DNA of 64,000 nucleotides from an uncultured bacterium (GTDB taxonomy: Bacteria > Acidobacteriota > Aminicenantia > Aminicenantales > UBA4085), in assembly GCA_937868205.1 (NCBI GenBank), contig CALMMC010000049.1, positions 423-64,422 of the forward strand, read 5' to 3'. Position numbers and translations under genes: made by a program. The notes under the pieces were generated by a model. The model worked only from the letters and a program-made list of their open reading frames with translations. It did not search any database and was not told the origin of the DNA. Of this stretch, positions 28,425 through 37,810 are shown one piece after another. Numbering within the stretch: position 1 is the stretch's first letter; every line of letters begins with the position of its first letter.

Positions 28425-28452
28425 GCCCGGAAAGGCGGGCCTTTTCCCTCGA
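28425..28452 (+). terminator. Possible weak intrinsic terminator after the MFS gene
   Basis: ccgcccg-gaaagg-cgggc, then cttttcc; short stem and a poor T-tract. Confidence 0.3.
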
Positions 28453-28603
28453 AGGCCGTTTTTTTACGTTCAAGTCTGATTCGTTACATTCCAGGGCCCT
28501 GGGAAAACTCCCCGGCAGACGGCTTTTCTCCGTTATTTCTCGGGAAGGCCGATTGGCACGGCGCTTGCTGTTTCAATCTTGGAAGAAAAGGAATAATCCG
28601 AAC

Positions 28604-30070
28604 ATGCGCGGAACGAGATCTCTCGCCGCCGTCCTGATCGGCCTGTCCCTCGTCCTTGCGCCTCTCCGGGGGCGGGCCGAGACCGATCCCCTCAAGGAGG
28701 CCTGGAACCGCCTGCCCGCGGCCGAGAAGCATTTCCAGAAAGGACTGCGGGAATTCCAGGCCGGCCGGTACGCCGCGGCCGCGGGGGCGTTCCGGAAAAC
28801 CATCGATGCCCTCCCCCGGCACGCCTATGCCTCCTACTACCTGGCCAACATCGCCTATGTCCAGGGGGACTTTCAAAACGCCTTGGCCGACATGGAGCGG
28901 TCGCTTCGAGACCTGGACTTCATGCGGGATCTCAACACTTATGCCGTCGCCAAGCAAAGTCAGACGATCGATTCGTACCGGCAGATGCTCGACTCTGAAT
29001 GGGAGAACGCCCCCGACTGCCGGTCCCAGCGCGAAATCGAATCTCTGACCGACGAGATCGCCACTGAGAAAAACAAGCTGGAGGTCCGGACGGCCGCCGA
29101 GGACGCCTCCCGTTTGTCCCAGCGCGCCCATTTCCTTTATTTCCTGGGCAATATCCGCTTCCAGCTGAAGCAATTCCCCGAGGCCTTGGACGCTTACCAA
29201 AAAGCGCTCGACCTCAATCCCCGCCACGTCAGCGCGGTCAACAACGCGGCCGCGGTCCGGTACATGGCCGGCGACCCGCAGGGCGCCCTGGACCAGCTGG
29301 ACGAGGGAGCCCGGGCGGGCGTGGGCGGCCATCTGAACTTGAAGCTCAAGCATCTCATCCTCGAAGCCCTGGGTCGGCCGACGGAAGGCGTTCTCCAAGA
29401 GGATCTCTCGGCCGCCGGTCCCGGGGCGGACCTGGGCGTCGTCCGGTTCGCTCTCGCCTTCAACGGCGGAGACCCGCTTTTACCGCCCCTCTACGAGAAC
29501 GGTTACGTCGTGTTCAGCCGGACGTCCCGGCAGGCGATCCTCGTCGACCCGGGGGTCGAGGATCCCCGCATCGCCGAGTTGATCGCCCGGAACCATCTCG
29601 AGGTCAAAGCCGTCTTCAACACGCACAACCACGACGACCACGCGGCCGCCGACAAGGTTTACGCCGCCCTCTACAAAGCCCCGGTCTATCTTTCTCCCAA
29701 GGAAGAGAAACGGACGGACCGCCCGGCGGTCCGTCCCATCGGCGACGGCGAAACCATCTCTTTCGAAGGATTCACGGTCCAGGCCCTGCTCACGCCCGGC
29801 CACACGGCCGGAAGCACGTGCTTTTTAATCGGGGGATATCTCTTCTCGGGCGACACCCTGCTGGCGGATGATATCGGGTCTCCGGCCGGCGGCAACGACC
29901 GGCAGCGGGCGGACGCCCGGAGCGGCCTGGTCCGGGTCATCCGAGAGAAGCTTCTGTCCCTGGACGGCCGGACGCGCGTCTGTCCCGGCCACGGAAAGAC
30001 GACGACCATCGCCGCCGAAGCGGCCGGCAATCCATTTTTAAAGAATCAGCCCGCCGATCTGAATCGCTGA
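28604..30070 (+). CDS. Secreted TPR-repeat protein fused to an MBL-fold metallo-hydrolase domain
   Basis: Signal peptide (MRGTRSLAAVLIGLSLVLAPL), TPR-like helical repeats, then HNHDDHAAAD…TPGHTAGS metallo-beta-lactamase motifs. Confidence 0.7.
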   Translation: MRGTRSLAAVLIGLSLVLAPLRGRAETDPLKEAWNRLPAAEKHFQKGLREFQAGRYAAAAGAFRKTIDALPRHAYASYYLANIAYVQGDFQNALADMERSLRDLDFMRDLNTYAVAKQSQTIDSYRQMLDSEWENAPDCRSQREIESLTDEIATEKNKLEVRTAAEDASRLSQRAHFLYFLGNIRFQLKQFPEALDAYQKALDLNPRHVSAVNNAAAVRYMAGDPQGALDQLDEGARAGVGGHLNLKLKHLILEALGRPTEGVLQEDLSAAGPGADLGVVRFALAFNGGDPLLPPLYENGYVVFSRTSRQAILVDPGVEDPRIAELIARNHLEVKAVFNTHNHDDHAAADKVYAALYKAPVYLSPKEEKRTDRPAVRPIGDGETISFEGFTVQALLTPGHTAGSTCFLIGGYLFSGDTLLADDIGSPAGGNDRQRADARSGLVRVIREKLLSLDGRTRVCPGHGKTTTIAAEAAGNPFLKNQPADLNR

Positions 30071-30972
30071 TAACGCTCTTCCAGGCGTTCCCGGTCCGGC
30101 CGCTCCTCCATCCGCCGCGGGAGATTCAGGATCTTCCCTTGAAATCCCTGCAACCCGTGGAGGAGCATGGGGCCGTCCTTTTCCTGGAGAACGTCATCCC
30201 TGATTTCCACGTAATAATCCGGTCGAATCCCTAAAATATCGCTGTCGAAAGCTTTATGATGAATCGCGCACATGGCCAGACCGTTATTCACGGCCGGGAT
30301 ACCGCTTGGATGCTTGTCTTCCAAGATATGCGCCGCTTCAAGAAGCTCATGATGCCTCAACCGGCATATCGCGCACGAATACTGATAGGCTCTTAGGACG
30401 CGGGCGCGAAAGGCGTTTTGATGAATCCTCCGCTGGATCTCGACCGTGATATAACGCCGATGGAAATCTTCCACGGAAGGAGGATTTGATCTTTCTTTTA
30501 CGATCGCCTTCTGGTCATCGGCGATGACGCTGAAAAACAGCTTTTCCGGGTCATCGCCGACAATGAATACCGGCCAAATCGGTTCATACCATCCCGGTTC
30601 CACTCCATAAAAATAAATGAGCGGAATTCCTCTATTCATCGCCTTCCGCAACCCCGCATTATCCGGATGCGAGGGATTGTGCCCGCGGTATCGATAGAGA
30701 ATGATCCCGGTTTCCGTCGACCGGTCGTCGTAGGGACGCGGTTTTCCCGGGATCTCCGGAACCGTCAAGATGCTGATCGGGATTTCAGGGAGAATTTTTG
30801 GCTTGAAGATTCCCTGCGGTCCGACAAGGGGAACGCGGACACCCTCAAAATTGAATCCCTTCGCGAGGACGTTCCGCGGGATCGCCCGGCCGTAGTGACG
30901 AAGTTGTTCGATTAAAAAGGCGGAAGCCGCCTGGCGGACTTTTCGATCGAGATCAATCTCTCTATAGATCAT
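30046..30972 (-). CDS. HNH endonuclease (HNH_2-type) with an N-terminal SRA-like/PUA-superfamily reader domain; putative modification-dependent (type IV) restriction enzyme
   Basis: C-terminal YSCAICRLRHHELLEAAHILE…NNGLAMCAIHHKAFD. N-terminal YDDRSTETGIILYRYRGHNPSHPDNAGLRKAMNRGIPLIYFYG…PVFIV resembles the SRA YDD/Y.G/N.AL/PV.V pattern. The gene lies in a visibly lower-G+C segment. Confidence 0.6.
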   Translation of the reverse strand: MIYREIDLDRKVRQAASAFLIEQLRHYGRAIPRNVLAKGFNFEGVRVPLVGPQGIFKPKILPEIPISILTVPEIPGKPRPYDDRSTETGIILYRYRGHNPSHPDNAGLRKAMNRGIPLIYFYGVEPGWYEPIWPVFIVGDDPEKLFFSVIADDQKAIVKERSNPPSVEDFHRRYITVEIQRRIHQNAFRARVLRAYQYSCAICRLRHHELLEAAHILEDKHPSGIPAVNNGLAMCAIHHKAFDSDILGIRPDYYVEIRDDVLQEKDGPMLLHGLQGFQGKILNLPRRMEERPDRERLEERYQRFRSAG

Positions 30973-31928
30973 CCGAGAAACCTGTTTTCATTATGCCAGA
31001 GAAGCATCTGTCTTGAGGGGCGATCTTCCTCTGTTTGCGGATAATGATTAAGGCGCCGGCCGTGGAACGGATAATAAGACCGCCCGTTGGCGAATTCTTC
31101 CTTCAATCGCCGGCTGATTTCAATCCGGAATTCCGGAGTCACGGTGATATATCCCCGGTCGAAAAGGCGGTGGAAATCGCTTCGGAGAAGCAACCCGTTG
31201 CTCACTTCATGCGGACCCTCTTCCCCATACGGCTTGATATGAGCGGCTTCCAGGGCGGGCAAGGAATGCTCTTCCGTAATGGCGCACGAACGGGCATAAG
31301 CGTCGGTCACGGCCACCTGAAACGCCCCTTGACCGAGTCGAGGCCGGATGACGGATTCCTTGCCGTAACGGGCTCTTTCCTCCTCCACCCGCCGTGTATC
31401 CAGATAAAGATCGGACAGGCCTTGCCTGGCCAAGCCTTCCTGGACGTTTTTCCAGATAAACCGGCCGGCGTCCGTGCCCAGCTCATACCCCTTGGCTTTT
31501 CCCCGGACGATCGACGCTTTCCATTCGGGCGCCGGAAACCACATCGATTCCTCGAAGAAAAACGGCTGGGTCAGAATGATGCATCCGATTTTGAAATCCT
31601 CGTGAGGATCGTTTTCAATTCTTCGGTAAGGGAGCAATCTCCGCCGCATGTCCGAAAAGGAAGAGGCCCCGTTTCGGATATCGAAGGCTTCCCAAGCCAG
31701 GCTGATCGGCAGAGTCGAAAAAGATGAAAAAACGCCTCCCCCGGCGATCACATCCCTCTGCCGCGTTCTTTGACTCCGATGGAGCTTGAAAAGGAACAAA
31801 TCTCCTTTTCCGATCGCCCGGAAGGAGGCGCTTGAAGACGGCTGCCAGAAGTTGACTTCGTCAATGCCGCGAATTCCGCGTAAAAAATCAAACCAGTTTT
31901 GATCCGTAATCCCGGCATAAATCCTCAT
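30969..31928 (-). CDS. HNH endonuclease (HNH_2-type) with an N-terminal EVE/ASCH-like PUA-superfamily domain; second putative type IV restriction nuclease
   Basis: C-terminal YARSCAITEEHSLPALEAAHIKPYGEEGPHEVSNGLLLRSDFHRLFD. N-terminal MRIYAGITDQNWFDFL…EVNFWQP…IGKGDLFLFKLHRS…VIAGGGVF resembles EVE domains. There is a 4-nt overlap with the downstream HNH gene; an alternative start lies at 31967. Confidence 0.6.
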   Translation of the reverse strand: MRIYAGITDQNWFDFLRGIRGIDEVNFWQPSSSASFRAIGKGDLFLFKLHRSQRTRQRDVIAGGGVFSSFSTLPISLAWEAFDIRNGASSFSDMRRRLLPYRRIENDPHEDFKIGCIILTQPFFFEESMWFPAPEWKASIVRGKAKGYELGTDAGRFIWKNVQEGLARQGLSDLYLDTRRVEEERARYGKESVIRPRLGQGAFQVAVTDAYARSCAITEEHSLPALEAAHIKPYGEEGPHEVSNGLLLRSDFHRLFDRGYITVTPEFRIEISRRLKEEFANGRSYYPFHGRRLNHYPQTEEDRPSRQMLLWHNENRFLG

Positions 31929-32059
31929 CGAACGTGATTCCCTGAACCGTCGGCGGCAATATAACAAGGCCGGGCGGGGATGGCAAGGCCCCCTTTCTCC
32001 GCGCGGCGAGTAAACGCCGGATGGCGCCCGAACGGTTACAGGGTGAGAAAGGAGCTCAT

Positions 32060-32579
32060 CATGAAAAAACCCGTATTGATCGCAGCCGTGGCGGCCGCGG
32101 TTCTTTTAACCGCCTCTCCCCTCCTCCGGGGATCGGAAACCGGCCCCGAAGCGACCGTCGCCAAGATCCGGGACCGGATTCTGGCTCCGGATTTCAAGCC
32201 TGACGGCATCGAGAAGGACCTGATTGAAATCCTGAACGTCTCTCTCGCGATCCTGCCTGAAAAGGAATACGCCGAGGAATTCCGGTCCAAGATCGCCTGG
32301 GTCAAGGATTCGTTCGCGGACGAGCATTTGTTCGCCGATAAAATCCGCCAGTATCTCGGAATCGCCTATGCCCTCGTTTCCGACGGGACGAGCTGGCGTC
32401 TCCCCGAAGAGCTCCAGCGTCCCTATCCGGGCGAACCGGCGTCCATCAAACGGGCGACGGCGGTCTGCGGCCGGCTTCTCGAATCGGCCTTGGCTGAAAT
32501 GAAAGCCGGAAACAACGAAAAAGCGGCCGGCTGCCTTATCGGCTTCGTCCTCCTCGTCATCACCCCCATCGAAGCCTGA
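32060..32579 (+). CDS. Hypothetical secreted protein
   Basis: Signal peptide MKKPVLIAAVAAAVLLTASPLL; no recognisable domain. Confidence 0.4.
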
Positions 32580-32663
32580 GACGGGAACGGGGAGGCGGTC
32601 GGTACCGGCAGGATTGATTTCCCGGTCCGCCTCAAATACATTGGGGAAGTCAAGCCGGCCGAA

Positions 32664-33212
32664 ATGGGAAATCCCGCGTTCGATTACGATTCGCTGATCA
32701 AACCGCTGGAGCCCCGAATGATGCGGACGATCTGGCGGATCCTCCGGGAGAAGCCGGCGGCCGAGGACGCTCTCCAGGACGCCCTGGCCGTCATCTGGAA
32801 AAAGCGCGGGACGGTGGCCCGGCACCCCAATCCCCCGGCGCTCATCCTCCGCATCACGATTGCCTCGGCCGTGGATAGTCTGCGGAAGACGCGGCGGCGC
32901 CTCCGCCACGAGGTCCCCGGCCTTCCGAAAGACCGGAGAGCGGACGATTCCGCCGACCCGGCCGCGGGAAAGGCGGAAGAACGCCGGTTCAGACCGGCGA
33001 TTCTCCAAGCCGTCGGACGCCTCCCCAAACGCCAGGCGGAAGCGGTCCTCCTGCGGATCATCGAGGAACTTTCCTACGAGGAGATCGCCCGGGCCATGGG
33101 CTGCACCGAGGCGACGGCCCGCGTCCACGTCATGCGGGGGAAAGCCGCCCTGGCCCGGCGGCTGGCCCGTTTCCGTCCGGATCCGGCCCGTCAACCCGGG
33201 CTGAAGGAATAA
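32664..33212 (+). CDS. RNA polymerase sigma-70 factor, ECF subfamily
   Basis: Region 2 (…EDALQDALAVIWKK…) and region 4 HTH (…LSYEEIARAMGCTEATARVHVMRG…). Confidence 0.85.
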   Translation: MGNPAFDYDSLIKPLEPRMMRTIWRILREKPAAEDALQDALAVIWKKRGTVARHPNPPALILRITIASAVDSLRKTRRRLRHEVPGLPKDRRADDSADPAAGKAEERRFRPAILQAVGRLPKRQAEAVLLRIIEELSYEEIARAMGCTEATARVHVMRGKAALARRLARFRPDPARQPGLKE

Positions 33213-33228
33213 GACAAGAGAGGCTGTC

Positions 33229-33585
33229 ATGAGGGCAAAACGATTTGAAGACGCGGATCTGGAGCGCCTCCTGAGGGACGCTCTCCCTGACGACCTCCCG
33301 GACGAAGCCGCCGCCGGGATGCGGGACCGGATCGCCGCCTTTCGGACCGCGGCGGCGAAGGAAGAACGGGGTCCGGCGGTCTCCTTCATCCTCGCCCGGA
33401 AGGGAGCCTGGGCCGTCTTGGCGTTGGCCCTGTTGATCGCCGGCGCTCTTCTCCAGGGCTTCCAATCCCCCAGCCCGCTGGCAAAAAAAATCGCGTTCCT
33501 CAAAAACAAGCTATCGAATTCGGAGCCCGCCCGTCCGGCCGATATCGACGGGGGAATCCGGATCCCCGGCCTGAAGGAGGGTTGA
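33229..33585 (+). CDS. Putative membrane-anchored anti-sigma factor
   Basis: A small protein with a single TM segment, directly downstream of the ECF sigma and overlapping (ATGA) the next gene. Confidence 0.4.
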   Translation: MRAKRFEDADLERLLRDALPDDLPDEAAAGMRDRIAAFRTAAAKEERGPAVSFILARKGAWAVLALALLIAGALLQGFQSPSPLAKKIAFLKNKLSNSEPARPADIDGGIRIPGLKEG

Positions 33586-34595
33586 CCATGAACGAACACG
33601 ACAAGAACCGGGTCCGCGGCCGGGCCGCCGTCCGGTGGTTGATCGCCGCGGCTTTCATCGCGGGCGTCGCCCTCTCGGGGCTTTTCGCCGGGATGGCGAA
33701 CCGGGCGGGTTTATTTTTCCTCTTCCTGGGGACGGCCGCCTCGGTCCTGACGGGTTTTTCCCGGTCCGAAATCCGGGAGGCGTTCCGGCTCGCGGCCGGA
33801 AAATCCGGAACGCCGGAAGCCCGGCGAGAGGCCGCGTCCTTCTGGGAGGCGGCCGCCCGCAACGCCTGGGCTCTCGGCGTCATGGGAAGCCTGCTGAACT
33901 TCACCGTCGTTCTCGGCGGCGGAAGCGGCGGGATCGCCGATATCAGCGACCGGATGATCCAATCGTTCATTGTCACTTTTTACGGCCTCGTCCTGGCCGT
34001 TCTCTTGCTGGTCCCGGCTATGAAGATCTCAGGTCTTGCCGGAAACGGGGAGCCCGGCCCGGGTCCGAGGCCGTCCCGCGGCGGGCCCTTTCTCTTCGAA
34101 CGGGTGACGGGCTATGTCCTCTTCGCCGTTGTTCTCGGACTGACCGTCCTGTCCCTCGTTCGAAGCGTCCCGCCCGGCGGCCCGCTGTCCGCGGCCGAAG
34201 TCATGCTCCATGGCCCGGCGGCCCTCTTCATTTTCGGCGGATCGATCGCCCTGGCCCTTTTCCTGGGAACCGGAAGAGGGGCCTGGACGTTCGGATTCGG
34301 AATGACGGGCCTCGCCGCCCTTTTTCTCGGCTTGATTCAAACGATGTTCGGATTCGTCCACACGGACATCAAGGAGATCTCCGCGGCCATCGCCTTCATC
34401 ATTTCGTCTTCCCTCTATGCTCTTCTCGGTCTGGTTCTCGTCGCCGCCCCCCTGGAAGACCGCAAGCGGCCGGACGGGGGGGATCAGCCGGGGAGGCTCA
34501 GCCGAGTCCTGTGGATGGCTTTCCCGTTCGTGGCCTTCATCTTCCTCGTCCTGAGCTGGATCTTGGTCATCACGCCAATGAAAAGAACCGGCTGA
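33582..34595 (+). CDS. Integral membrane protein with two MotA/TolQ/ExbB-like segments
   Basis: Two repeats of a hydrophobic G-rich block followed by polar-loop TM pairs (…GSLLNFTVVLGGGSGGIADISDRMIQSFIVTFYGLVLAV… and …GLAALFLGLIQTMFGFVHTDIKEISAAIAFIISSSLYALLGLV…). The family assignment is tentative. Confidence 0.35.
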   Translation: MTMNEHDKNRVRGRAAVRWLIAAAFIAGVALSGLFAGMANRAGLFFLFLGTAASVLTGFSRSEIREAFRLAAGKSGTPEARREAASFWEAAARNAWALGVMGSLLNFTVVLGGGSGGIADISDRMIQSFIVTFYGLVLAVLLLVPAMKISGLAGNGEPGPGPRPSRGGPFLFERVTGYVLFAVVLGLTVLSLVRSVPPGGPLSAAEVMLHGPAALFIFGGSIALALFLGTGRGAWTFGFGMTGLAALFLGLIQTMFGFVHTDIKEISAAIAFIISSSLYALLGLVLVAAPLEDRKRPDGGDQPGRLSRVLWMAFPFVAFIFLVLSWILVITPMKRTG

Positions 34596-34687
34596 GCCGC
34601 GTTCCTCCTCCGAAAGCCGCGGCCGTTTGATTGATTTTCCCCGGCCGTTGATATAATCATATCCCATCCCCCGAGGAGGCTCCCGCC

Positions 34688-35629
34688 ATGAAGCGCCGCG
34701 ACTTCGTCTCCAAGGGCCTCGGCACCGCCGCGGCCGTTTCCCTTCCCTTCCTCGGAACGGCCGGACGGCCTCTTTCCGCCGGCCGCGAGTCCGCCCCGCC
34801 CCCCGACGGCGGAACCAGCCGCTTCAAGCTCGGTTACGCCCCGCCCTTCGGCCTGTTCAAGGCCCACGCCGGGGACGACCCGGCCGCCCAAATCCGCTTC
34901 TGCGCCGACGAGGGCTTCACGGCGATGTTCGACAACGGCCTCATGGGCCGGCCGGCCGCCCAGCAGGAGCTGATCTCCCGGGAGCTGGCCGCCCGCGGCA
35001 TGAAGCTCGGCCCGTTCGTCCTTTATTCCGATTTCGGGGTCAAGTCGTTCGTCCTCCGGGACAAGGACGTCCGGGCGATGCTCGTCGAACGGATGAAAAA
35101 GGGCGTGGAGACGATGAAGCGGACCGGCTGCGCCCAAGCCCTCGTCGTTCCGGGGCGCTTCGACGAAAGCCTCGCCTGGGAATACCAGACGGCCAACGTC
35201 GTCGACAACCTCCGGGCCTGCCTGGACGTCTGCCGCCCGGCCGGCCTCGTCCTCGTGCTCGAGCCCCTCAATCCCAAGGACCACCCGGGCCTGTTCCTGA
35301 CCAGGATTCCCCAAGCCTATGCCCTCTGCCGGGCGGTCGACGATCCCCACTGCAAGATCCTCGACGACCTGTATCATCAGCAGATCACCGAGGGCAACCT
35401 CATCCCCAATATCGAGGCCGCCTGGAGCGAGATCGCCGCTTTCCACGTCGGCGACAGCCCCGGCCGTAAGGAGCCGACGACCGGGGAGATCAACTACCGG
35501 AACATCTTCAAATGGATTCACGGCAAGGGATACCAGGGTGTCCTTTGCCTGGAGCACGGCCTCAGCCGCCCCGGCAAGGAAGGCGAGCGGGCGGTCATCG
35601 AGGCCTACCGGGCCTGCGACGCGTTCTAA
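34688..35629 (+). CDS. Tat-exported xylose-isomerase-like TIM-barrel protein (sugar phosphate isomerase/epimerase, hydroxypyruvate isomerase-like)
   Basis: Twin-arginine signal MKRRDFVSKGLGTAAAV; AP endonuclease 2/xylose isomerase-like barrel motifs (…VLEPLN…, …LCLEHG…). Confidence 0.8.
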   Translation: MKRRDFVSKGLGTAAAVSLPFLGTAGRPLSAGRESAPPPDGGTSRFKLGYAPPFGLFKAHAGDDPAAQIRFCADEGFTAMFDNGLMGRPAAQQELISRELAARGMKLGPFVLYSDFGVKSFVLRDKDVRAMLVERMKKGVETMKRTGCAQALVVPGRFDESLAWEYQTANVVDNLRACLDVCRPAGLVLVLEPLNPKDHPGLFLTRIPQAYALCRAVDDPHCKILDDLYHQQITEGNLIPNIEAAWSEIAAFHVGDSPGRKEPTTGEINYRNIFKWIHGKGYQGVLCLEHGLSRPGKEGERAVIEAYRACDAF

Positions 35630-35665
35630 CCGTCCTCGGGTCGTCTCGACAAAGGAGGAAACGCC

Positions 35666-36934
35666 ATGAGCTTGAGCAAGAACATCACCCGCCGCGATTT
35701 CATCAAGACGACCGCCGCCGCCTCCCTGGCCGCGGCCATTCCCGGAAACCTCGGCTTGTTCGCCGCCGGATCGGACGCCCTTCGGATCGGCGTCATCGGC
35801 TGCGGCGGCCGCGGAACCGGAGCGGCGATCAATTGCCTCGAGGCCGCCGAGGGAATCGAAATCGTCGCCCTCGGCGACTTGGTCCCGGACCGGATCGAAT
35901 CCTCATACCGGAAGCTCATGGAAAAATTCCCGGACCGGGTCCGCGTCCCGGCCGGCAACCGGTTCACCGGCTTCGACAACCATCTCAAGGTCTGCGCCCT
36001 TCCCGAAGTCAACCTGATCGTCACCGCCGCCCCGCCCGGCTTCCGGCCGATTCACCTGAAAGCCGCGGTCGAGGCCGGCAAGCATGTCTTCATGGAGAAG
36101 CCCGTGGCCGTCGACCCGGCCGGCGTCCGCGCGGTGATCGCCTCCTCCGAGGCGGCCGCGGCTAAGGGATTGGCCGTCGTCGCCGGCACCCAGCGCCGCC
36201 ACCAGAAAAGCTACCTCGAGCTCATGCGGCGGATCCGGGACGGGCAGATCGGCGAGATCGTCGGGGCCCAGTGCTACTGGAACCAAGGGGATCTCTGGGT
36301 CAAGCTCCCGGAGCCCGGGATGAGCGAAATGGAGTGGCAGTGCCGCAATTGGCTCTACTTCACCTGGACGTCCGGCGACCATATCGTCGAGCAGCACGTC
36401 CACAACATCGACGTGGTCAACTGGGCGATCGGCGCCCTCCCGAAGAACATCGTCGGGATGGGCGGCCGCGAAGTCCGGAAAGCCCCCGAGTACGGCAACA
36501 TCTACGATCATTTCGCCGTCGAGTTCGAGTATCCGAACGGCGTCCGGGTCGCCAGCTACTGCCGTCAGACCGAGGGCTGCGCCGACCGGGTGGAGGAGCG
36601 GATCATCGGGACGAAAGGCACGGCCTTCGGCTACGGCGAGATCAAGGGCGAGAAGCCCTGGACATTCGAAGGTCCGGAGCCCGATCCCTATGTCCAGGAA
36701 CACGCCGACTTGGTCGCCTCGATCCGGGCGGGAACGCCGCTGAATGAGGGCCGGCGGATCGCCGAGAGCACGATGTGCGCGATCATCGGCCGGATGAGCG
36801 CCTACACCGGACGGGCGATCTCCTGGGATTGGGCGATGAACGCCTCGAAGCTCGACCTGTCGCCGGCCCGGTACGAGTTCGGCCCCAACCCGGTCGATCC
36901 CGTGGCCGTCCCCGGGAAGACGCCGCTTATTTAA
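35666..36934 (+). CDS. Tat-exported Gfo/Idh/MocA-family NAD(P)-dependent oxidoreductase
   Basis: Tat signal RRDFIKTTAAASLA; Rossmann motif GVIGCGGRG; C-terminal alpha/beta domain. Confidence 0.85.
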   Translation: MSLSKNITRRDFIKTTAAASLAAAIPGNLGLFAAGSDALRIGVIGCGGRGTGAAINCLEAAEGIEIVALGDLVPDRIESSYRKLMEKFPDRVRVPAGNRFTGFDNHLKVCALPEVNLIVTAAPPGFRPIHLKAAVEAGKHVFMEKPVAVDPAGVRAVIASSEAAAAKGLAVVAGTQRRHQKSYLELMRRIRDGQIGEIVGAQCYWNQGDLWVKLPEPGMSEMEWQCRNWLYFTWTSGDHIVEQHVHNIDVVNWAIGALPKNIVGMGGREVRKAPEYGNIYDHFAVEFEYPNGVRVASYCRQTEGCADRVEERIIGTKGTAFGYGEIKGEKPWTFEGPEPDPYVQEHADLVASIRAGTPLNEGRRIAESTMCAIIGRMSAYTGRAISWDWAMNASKLDLSPARYEFGPNPVDPVAVPGKTPLI

Positions 36935-36959
36935 GCTCGGACGCGGACCGGGGAAGGCT

Positions 36960-37667
36960 CTACCGGATGACCCGGCCGCGGACAAAGCCGATGGAGACCC
37001 CGCCGCTTCCGGTTGATTCCAGGATCACATCGCCGCCGACGTCGTCGATCTCGATATCGCCGGAGCCGTCGTCGACCGTGACGCTTCCGCCGATCCCGGT
37101 GATCGTCATCGACCCTGAGCCGTCGTCGATCCGGAGGCCGCCGGTCACGTCCCGGATATCGATATCGCCGGAGCCGTCATCCACGCGCACGTCGCCCTCG
37201 ACGCCTCTGACCGTGATGTCTCCCGAGCCGTCCTCGATCGAGACGTCGCCCCGGATGTTGACGACCGCCATCGATCCGGATCCATCGTCCACGGCCAGGT
37301 CGATTGTCTTGGGCACGCGGACGGTCAGGTTGCAGAGCGCGTCGCCGGAGAACCGGCGGGGAAAGCCGTCGAATTGGAAATAGCCTTTCAGGACGGCTCT
37401 CTCCCCGATCTTTTCGAGGGAAAACCGCAGGTGATTGTCCATGAAATCCTCGACCCGATCCTTGCCGGCTCCACGGATGATGATCTCGGCGTCGACTTCG
37501 ATGGAAGACAGGCCTTCCACGCCCTCGATCCTCAGGCTTCCCGCCCCGGCGTTGACTTCGAGGGCGCGGATCCCCTCCGCCGGGAGCGTCAGGCTTTTTT
37601 CGACCTGATAAGAGAAGGCCGGCGCGGCCAAAAGCAAAAGACAAAGCGCATACGGCATTTTCTTCAT
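36960..37667 (-). CDS. DUF4097-family beta-helical repeat protein (putative adhesin), secreted
   Basis: Signal peptide, then about 10 tandem roughly 20-aa repeats (VDDGSGDIEIDDVGGDV…, IDDGSGSMTITGIGGSV…). Confidence 0.65.
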   Translation of the reverse strand: MKKMPYALCLLLLAAPAFSYQVEKSLTLPAEGIRALEVNAGAGSLRIEGVEGLSSIEVDAEIIIRGAGKDRVEDFMDNHLRFSLEKIGERAVLKGYFQFDGFPRRFSGDALCNLTVRVPKTIDLAVDDGSGSMAVVNIRGDVSIEDGSGDITVRGVEGDVRVDDGSGDIDIRDVTGGLRIDDGSGSMTITGIGGSVTVDDGSGDIEIDDVGGDVILESTGSGGVSIGFVRGRVIR

Positions 37668-37810
37668 GAGACAAACCTCCTGAGCGATTTCAAAAGGGAA
37701 GACGAAAATCTCCATTAAAAGGTTCGCTGGAAGCCCGGGAGGGCTTGGCCTCGGACCATTTCTCCCATTATAATCATCTCTGCTTTTACCTGCGCGGAAA
37801 GGAGAGAGCC

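Noticed and set aside
33635-34630. 331-aa alternative-frame ORF over the MotA/ExbB-like membrane gene
   Set aside because: An Arg/Pro-rich translation with no hydrophobic or domain pattern; the overlapping frame (33582-34595) gives a coherent polytopic membrane protein.
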